From Octopus vulgaris (taxonomy: Eukaryota): DNA of 64,000 nucleotides. How positions within the stretch are numbered: the first letter of the stretch is position 1; the number at the start of each line of letters is the position of its first letter. Below, piece after piece: positions 54,811 to 64,000 of the stretch. The translations under genes were made by a program, and so were the position numbers. The DNA is taken from positions 19,096,001 through 19,160,000 of the forward strand of contig OX597839.1 of NCBI GenBank assembly GCA_951406725.2. The letters run 5' to 3'. The notes beneath the pieces are model-generated. The model saw only the letters and a list, made by a program, of their open reading frames with translations, did no database searches and was not told where the DNA came from.

Positions 54811-55628
54811 TATATATATATATATATATTATTAAGACACGCACTGGTTCAGTTCCACTCCTTCATTATTAGTCAATTGGTTAAATATCCAACAAACGAA
54901 TCGATTGTTTGTTCAAATTGTATTAGTTTCATTAGATATATTGAGTCCGTTTTACGTTAACCGTTCTAATAGGTGCAGACAATACAGACATACACACATT
55001 CAAACAAACAAACACACACAGAATCATACTCATTTCCGTATGTATGTGCGTATGAAATCTGTACAGCTAAACAAAGGCTCACCACGTTCTCCTAAATTTG
55101 CGAACGCATACAACACTGAAATCGATACGTCTGTATACTAATATATACTCTTGCCAGTCATAATCTCCAAACATCTATTCTATGAAATGTAACGCGTGAG
55201 GTGTGTCTATTATGTTGAGCTTCCGGCGAGCTGATACTATGACCTAAGTTTCACTTCCGGTTTTAGATATTTCACAGTAAAGATGTCAACGATAATATTT
55301 TGAAAATGGCATGGACATCGTAATTGTAATATAGTATGACCTGTACATCATTAAATCAATCAGCTAATCAATCATTCGATACATTGTCCCACGCATGCGT
55401 GATTTATTAAGACGTATTCTTCATTTCCTGTAATTAGAGAAAGTCATCAATTGATGTGTTCTAGAATCTTGGCGAAGACGAAAACAAATACGAAGAAAAA
55501 AATATGAGAGATTTAACAGTACAAGAGAGCGGTATGTAGGTTTAATTTGAATCCGCCTTATGTGGAGGGAGATACGTTCAAGTAGGCTTTATCAATATTT
55601 GACGTATGTGTACGCATAAAATACTGCC

Positions 55629-56600
<972 letters not shown>

Positions 56601-56899
56601 TTTAAAACATATTTCAATTTTGAATTTGCTTTGCAAGATTCTTTACGTGAGTTCGTGTATTGAAGCATATACGGTTACGTCTGGAGAGACTCATTCTCTT
56701 TTTGTACCTTATAAATTAACACACTCACCGGTAAAATTTCCACTTATTTCTTTGTTATTTTTCTAAAATTTTCGTTGCGTCTTCTAACCTTTTCAATAGT
56801 TTTGAGTGAAAAGTATTGAAATGTCTGCAAGACGCAACACCTGAATGTTCAGTCGTACACAATATATCCTCAGATGTTAGACTAACTACTAACCTATGT

Positions 56900-57160
56900 G
56901 CTTCCATAATAGGTAAAGTTACCTTCTCGAGCCATGCCGATTCATAAGGGCCGGTTTCTCGGTTTCCCTGACATATATGTTCCTCATCCGGACAGGACAA
57001 TGGTCAGTCGTAGGATTACTCCCTTTTGTCAGCTGAGTGGACTGAGCAACGTGATATGAAGTGTTTTGCTCAACAACACAACACATCTCACGGTACAGGA
57101 ATCGAAACCACAATCTTACGATTATGAGTCCAACAACGTAACCAATAAGCCACGCGCCTA
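56900..57160 (-). mobile_element. tRNA-derived SINE family D (second copy ~58370-58610)
   Basis: Minus head GGCGCGTGGCTTATTGG...GGTTTCGATTCC, then TTGAGCAAAACACTTCAT...CACTCAGCTG. Confidence 0.65.
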
Positions 57161-57162
57161 CT

Positions 57163-57457
57163 CTAGAATAACGAAGGTCCCGACATGTGCTTCATGGAAA
57201 GCTTCATGTCAAAGAATGGACGCAACGTTTCCTCTGCGTGTCGTAAAATGCGACTAAAAGTGACTGAGATAGGATTTGCACTCAGACATCGCAAAATCTT
57301 CTGCATCAGCGAGTACACAGGCAGAACCCTTGAGTTGGAAAGCTGTAGCCTGAATGGTGCAGAAGAGTCAGGCGCCAGGAGAAGCGAATCACTAACAAAT
57401 GATGGATACAAGACACCACAGACAGACAGACAGACAGAGAGAACAGATTTTTATATA

Positions 57458-57460
<3 letters not shown>
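57163..57460 (-). mobile_element. Probable non-autonomous Helitron-like element
   Basis: Minus strand begins TCTTATATAAAAATCTG..(TCTG)n and ends CTAG; subterminal hairpin unclear. Confidence 0.4.
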
Positions 57461-57520
<60 letters not shown>

Positions 57521-57804
57521 AGAGAGAGAGAGAGAGAACAAATGATAAAAGTGGAATATTTAATCAAAATATGGGGCTTTAGTTCACTGGTGATCTTAAT
57601 GAATAAGTACGCTGGTTAAGTGTTGAAACGGATTAATTAGGGTTCCTAGCTCGTGACTGGGACTGGAGCTGTGGATCCGTTTTAGGGTTCCGATTTAGCA
57701 GAAACAGCCGTAGGACCCCAATTAATTTAAGAATAAGAAAATAATGTATATGAATTGAAATGCTTGTTATGCCTCGGCGTTTCTTGTCCTCTTCCACACA
57801 CACT

Positions 57805-57836
<32 letters not shown>

Positions 57837-57837
<1 letters not shown>

Positions 57838-58348
57838 CTATATATATAAAACTGTAGTTGTGTGAGTGTCTGTCCCCTTCGATTTAGATTCCTAACTACT
57901 CCCACATTTTGCGGTGCAGTTTAACGAAATTCGGGTATCTTATAGTCGTGATTCATATCGAGCCCTTCTGGGTATTAGCGCGTGTCCACGATGAGTCTAC
58001 GATTTTAAAAATAATTTAACATCATTTTTTATTCCATTTTAATGCATAATTTTTCGTGTGTCGATGGCGGCGGAGTTGGCGTCCATGCTCACAGCTGCAC
58101 CTGTTTGCTTCTCCCCCTTCATCCCTCCCTCGTGAAGCTGTGGGGAAGGGAGTGTAAGGAAATCAACGTCGTAAAGCGTTGTCAAGGAGACCAGCGTTCT
58201 TTTAGAACAACGACTTCATGGCTTGAAGACACAAAAACAGAAATGGGTAAGAAAGCCCAAATTGGCATCTATAGGGAAGTAACTCTCTAAAAATGCTTAT
58301 ATAGTTATTTCCCTTACAAACCCGAGCAACGCCGGGCGATATTGCTAG
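57837..58348 (+). mobile_element. Non-autonomous Helitron
   Basis: A|TCTATATATATAAAACTG...CCCGAGCAACGCCGGGCGATATTGCTAG|T; matches 22429-22940. Confidence 0.85.
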
Positions 58349-59332
58349 TATATAATAAAAAGATATAGCTCGTTCTCGAGTCATATAAACTTACAGGGAC
58401 GTTTCCCAATTTTTGTGCCGCATATATTTTCCCCCTGGACGGGACGCCAGCCCGTCGCAGGGAGGCTCATTCCTGCCAGCTGAGTGAACATGAGTAACAT
58501 GAAAAGAAGTATTTTAGTGAAGAACACACACAACGCATCGCCCGGCCCAGGAATCGAAACCACAATCTTACAATCATGAGCCTCACACCCTACCTGCTGA
58601 GCCACGCTTCCCCAACCATATGTACATATACACACACACTTACGCTACGAGCATTCTGTTGTACAAACTTGTGCAGAGCACAGCCGTTCGCCGGATTTGT
58701 TCCGCGGCAACGTGTTTTAATGTCATTTTTGCTATTTAAATCAGCTTCTATTATGTTCTACATTAAATGGCAAGTATGACACGAGTGTGATGTAATGTGT
58801 TCCAACGTGCACTGCCTGCTTCTTTCCCTTTGCGGAGAGGGGAAACCAGCATGGCTTCTCTAGCGAAAACGTAAACACACATAAAATGAGACTCACACAT
58901 ACATAAGAGGCACATACATGAGTATATATATAAAACATACATACATACATGTACACAGCCATAGACACACACACGTGTATGTGTTTGCATGTTTGTTTAT
59001 TTGCAAATATACGTGTTTGTTTATTTTTTCACCGAAATACTGTCAAATCGATTTAATACGATATGAGCAGGGTAGAGAGCATATACACACAGACACACAC
59101 ACACATATATATATACATACATACATACATACATACATACATACTTACGTAGGTATATTTGTATGTATGCATGTACATATGTGTGTTCTCCCTACCTTCT
59201 CATATTGTATATACATATATGCTTATATATATATATATATGCCTGTATACATAAATATACGCGTGTATATTTACGTATGGCTATCTATCTATCTATTTTC
59301 TCCTCTCTCTCTCCTATTTTTCCTCTATATAT

Positions 59333-59386
<54 letters not shown>

Positions 59387-59942
59387 CACACGCATCGCAT
59401 CTCTGCCTTACTTTCTCGATATATAAATATATGTATATACATAGACACATATATAATATCTATCTAACTATCTATCTATGTGTAGATATATATATATATA
59501 CATGTATATATATATATACATATATATGTATATATATATATTACACACATATATATATATGTATATGTATGTAAATATATGTGTGCATATATATATGTAC
59601 ATATATATGCATGTATACATATATGTGAATATATACAAATATATATATGTACATATACATACATATCTACACACACACACACACACACATATATATATGA
59701 ATATTCGCCATGTGTGTGTTTATATATATATATATATGAGTGTGTATATATACGTGTACGCTTACCCATATCTAATTCATGTGTTTAATTCTTGAAATAT
59801 TTTTCGTGATTTTCACTTATTCCAATACACTTTGGGGATAATATTTGTATGTAATGTTTATACTTTTTAAATTAAGAGGATGTAAAATGGAATGGCACAG
59901 AAAAAAAAGCAAAGCAAATATATATATATATACATATATATA

Positions 59943-59990
<48 letters not shown>

Positions 59991-60058
59991 TATAATTACA
60001 CACATATACATAAACATAGGTATTTTTACACATACGCATGTAAGCACATATGTATATT

Positions 60059-60093
<35 letters not shown>

Positions 60094-60367
60094 GGTGTGT
60101 ATATATATCAACAGTAGTGTTAAATCTCTACAATGGTTTCACGCAGGATTAACATGAACATGGATACTGGCATAAATAATAGTATGGATTTAATTATATA
60201 GAAGCCAAAATATAAATGCTCACAGACATACACACATACATACATGGTTATAGTTTACGATAGACTATATACACCCATTTTGGCATTTTTTTCTCATTCA
60301 CTTCTTTCTTTCTTCCTTCGTCTTTCTTCCTTCATCGTTTGTTAATTCTTCATTTTTTCCTCCGTAT

Positions 60368-60402
<35 letters not shown>

Positions 60403-60756
60403 TTACTACTACTACTACTACTACTGGAACTAAATCTTTCATCTCTCCTTGTCCTGCTCAACCTCCACTTCTCCTATTCTCCACTTTTTATCATTTTCCT
60501 CCTCTTCTCTTTCACTTCAACCATCTTCTTCCCCCTCCTCTCCTCCTTCTTCTCCTCGCCATCTTTAGCTCTTCCTTCTTTCCATCTCTCCTACCCATCT
60601 CCTTCCTCTCTCCTTCATTTCCTCTTCATCTCTTCCTCATTGTTATTCTACCCCTTATTGTCCCCCTCTTTTTCTCAACCTTATGGTGAATAAAGAAATA
60701 CTCTCCTCTCTCCCTACCTCCTCTTGTGCTACCTCTTCCCCTTTACTATTATTATC

Positions 60757-60950
60757 TATTTCTTTATTACCCACAAGGGGCTAAATATAGAGGGGACAAA
60801 CAAGGACAGACATAGGTATTAAGTCGATTACATCGACCCCAGTGCGGAACTGGTACTTAATTTATCGACCCCGAAAGGATGAAAGGCAAAGTCAACCTCG
60901 GCGGAATTTGAACTCACAACATAACGACAGACGAAATACCGCAAAGCATT
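60757..60950 (-). mobile_element. SINE family A (tail type 1), 5'-truncated
   Basis: Reverse complement of core and tail. Confidence 0.8.
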
Positions 60951-61448
60951 TCCGTCGATGTCAACTCTGAAACCTTTGGATATCAGCCCCTCATTTCCCT
61001 TGTGCTATTTACCTGCGTACCTTTATCATACCGAGTTCTATTCCCACTTGAGTTTAACCTCGTGTGTTATCTTCGCGAGGTAAAATGCGCTGCCGTCAAA
61101 TTCAATTAATTCTTTCACTTTCTCAAATTACCTGACCTTCTACCTAATTAGAAATCTTCATTTTTGTTTGTTGTTTGTATAATTTACCCAAAGAACTGTT
61201 CTCATTCAGAAGGTCAATCATTATGGAATTCCAACTGTGGCCATCTCTAATTATTTCCAATGTTTCCAGACAAAATTATCTCATGTAGCCTCCATTTTTA
61301 AAACGAAGGTAGGCTCAGGCGTGGCTGTGTACTAAGAAGTTTGCTTCCCAACCATATGGTTCTGGGTTCAGTCCTACTGCGTGGCACCTTGGGCAAGTGA
61401 CATCTACTATAATCTCAAGCCGATAAATTAAGTACCCGCCGAGCACTA

Positions 61449-61553
61449 TGTTCGTCCTTCGGGTTCGAAGATGACCACTGACATCATCTGGTGGAACTGC
61501 CGCTATGAGACCGGAGGTGGCTGGTGAGGCCAATCCGGGCAAGGAAGCCCCTT
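61449..61553 (-). mobile_element. 105-bp RTE (BovB-like) 3' end with 11-bp TSD, inserted in a SINE
   Basis: GCCGAGCACTA at 61438-61448 and 61554-61564; minus strand encodes GFLARIGLTSHLRSH and ends GTGGTCATCTTCGAACCCGAAGGACGAACA. Confidence 0.75.
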
Positions 61554-61631
61554 GCCGAGCACTAGGGTGGATGTAACTAACTTACACCCTCCCTCGAAAT
61601 TACTGGCGTTGTACAAAAATTTGAAACCAAC

Positions 61632-62168
61632 GGTACTCCGTCGTTTACGACGACGTGGATTCCAGATCGCCCGATCAACTGAACGGCCTGTTCGTGAAAT
61701 TAACATACACGTGGATGAGTACTCCGCAGACACGCGTACCCTTAACCGTTTAACATTTAAACTGGCCATACATGGTCCAAATATTCTACTTGTTTTATGT
61801 TAAAGCTAACCAGATCCAACTTCTCACACCTATCCTACAATGTCATTCCGGAAGTATACAAACACACCATTGAAGCTATAAAATAATGCACGATTAATTT
61901 AACACAATGTGAATGAATATGTAATAGATTGGACAAAGAAATTTGAATATGAACGGGTTAAAGTAGTCCTCAGGTAGATTCAGCGGGACAGAGTATGTAA
62001 CGAGGCTGGCCTTTTGAAATACAGGTATATCTCACTTTTGCCAGCTGAATGGACTGGAGCAACATGAAATAAAGTGTCTTGCTTAAGGAGACAATGTGTC
62101 ACCGGGAATTGAACTCACGACCTTCCAATCGTGAGCCGAACTCCGTAACCATTAAGCCATGCGACTTC
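61632..62168 (-). mobile_element. tRNA-derived SINE family C, interrupted by a MITE (other copies ~62250-62440 +, ~62740-63005 -)
   Basis: Minus head GCATGGCTTAATGGTTA...GAGTTCAATTCC, then CCTTAAGCAAGACACTT; body matches 62740-63005. Confidence 0.7.
61746..61957. mobile_element. TTAA-target MITE (piggyBac-like)
   Basis: TTAA at 61742-61745 and 61958-61961; imperfect TIRs; uninterrupted SINE C copy has a single TTAA here (62845). Confidence 0.75.
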
Positions 62169-62438
62169 ACTTGAAACCGATATTATATATGCTTAAGGTA
62201 GCGTACTTTCAGAATCCTTAGCACATCAGGCAAAATGTTTAGGGATTAGGGTATTTAGTTCACTATCGTAAGGTCGTGTTTTCGATTCTTGGCGGCGCGA
62301 TGTGCCCTTTAAGAAGATGCTTTATTTCTCGTTGTTCCGGCCCGATACGCTACCAAAAATGAATAGTGAGTGTAATTGAAAAGGGCCAGCCTTGTCACAA
62401 TCTATGTCACGCTGAATCTACCCGAGAACTACGTTAAG

Positions 62439-62513
<75 letters not shown>

Positions 62514-63484
62514 GTGTATATGTTTGTGTTTGTCCTCCGACATCGCTTGACAACTGATGGTGGTGTATTTTCATCCCCGTTACTTAGCGGTTCGGCAAAA
62601 AGAGACCGATAGAATAAGTACTAGGCTTACAACGAATAAGTCCTGGGGTCGATTTGCTCGACTAAAGGCGGTGCTCCAGCATAGCCGCGGTCCAATGACT
62701 AAAACAAGTAAATGAGTAAAAAAGATATACGTTTATATTAACACTGTCGGTTATGACAACGAGGGTTCCAGTTGATCCGATCAACAGAACAGCCTGCTCG
62801 TGATATCAATGTGGAAATGGTTGAGCACTCCACAGAGTGTACTCTTAACACAGTTTTCGGGAAGAATCAGCGTGATGCAGAATGTGACTAGGCTGGCCCC
62901 TTTGAATTTCTGGTATTACTGATTTTTGTCAGCTGAGTGTACTGGAGCAAAGTGAAACAAATTATCTTGTTCGAGGACGCAACGCGGCGCCGGGTTTCGA
63001 TCTCATTAACTTATACGATCCTGACGACCTTTCAGTTTCCCCATCTAGAAAATCCACAAGCAAGGATTTAGCCGGCCCCGATGCCGTAGTAGAAGACACT
63101 TGCCCAACTTACCATGCAATAGGACCGAAACCAGAACCATGCGGATGAGAAGCGAGCTTCTTATCACATAACCACGCTTGCGTCAAATGATGATTTTCAA
63201 ATTTTTTAAATATTTGAAAAAAATTTTCCGTTTGTTGGGTGAAGTAGCAATAAAAAAAGAGGTCAGTCCACCCATCTGGCACAACATGGAAGCAGATTGG
63301 GAACAAAAAACAATAACAAAGCAACAACAAAACAGCAAAAAAGACAAATGAAAAACACCCTGTGTTGTATTTAGTGTTTCGGTTGTACATCTGCTATAAA
63401 TATTTATTATGTCTGCCTAAAACATGTATCTGTCACAATTTATCAGATTCAACATTTAATTATAAATGTAGATAAGCGTTAATT

Positions 63485-64000
63485 TATCATCATCATCATC
63501 AACATCGTCGTCTTCGTCGTCATCATCATCGTCATAATGATGGTTATTATCATAATCATGATCAACGTCTTTATCATCACCACCAGCACCATTATCACAA
63601 TCAGCCCCCTCGCGACCACGACCGTCCTCATCATCACCATTATCATCACAATCATCATCATCATTATCATCATCCTGCCAACACTACCACCACCATCACT
63701 ACCACCATCATCATCCTCATCATCATCTTCGTCGTCCATTACCACCACTTTCACCATCGTCACATCATCATCTTCATCATCATCATCATCGTCATCATCA
63801 CATTACAACCACCACCAGCGCCACCAACACCACCATCATCACATCATCATAATCATCATCATCGTCGTCACCACCCTCACCTTCATCATCATCATCATCA
63901 TCATTGTCATCATCATCACCACCACCATCGTCAAGATCATCATAACCATCGTCATCAACAACCACCACCACCGCATCATCATTATCATCATCATCACCAT
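63485..64000. repeat. (ATC)n/(ACC)n degenerate tract, running off the window
   Basis: Directly visible. Confidence 0.9.

Overview
Eukaryotic, AT-rich, repeat-dominated DNA with no protein-coding host gene I can support, so probably intergenic or deep intronic. The microsatellite load ((TA)n, (TG)n, (TATC)n, (TATG)n, (ATC)n, (AAT)n) and the SINE families suggest an octopus genome; this is recognition from memory, not verified. Nearly all listed ORFs are microsatellite read-through. Real content: (1) a 5'-truncated Tx1/L1-clade LINE plus a short second copy, both ending on (TATC)n; (2) CR1/L2-group and RTE LINE 3' fragments; (3) Penelope-like (PLE) GIY-YIG remnants; (4) about ten type-I hammerhead-ribozyme-like motifs in short (TA)n-flanked elements, many with fold-back architecture; (5) at least four tRNA-derived SINE families, two of which share a 3' tail with a LINE in this window; (6) Tc1 and mariner pseudogenes, non-autonomous Helitrons and TTAA-type MITEs, one forming a higher-order tandem array. 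Most interesting: the hammerhead/fold-back elements in (TA)n, the (TATC)n-associated Tx1 with a SINE carrying its tail, and SINE multimers with an invariant junction. All alignments and folds were done by eye.
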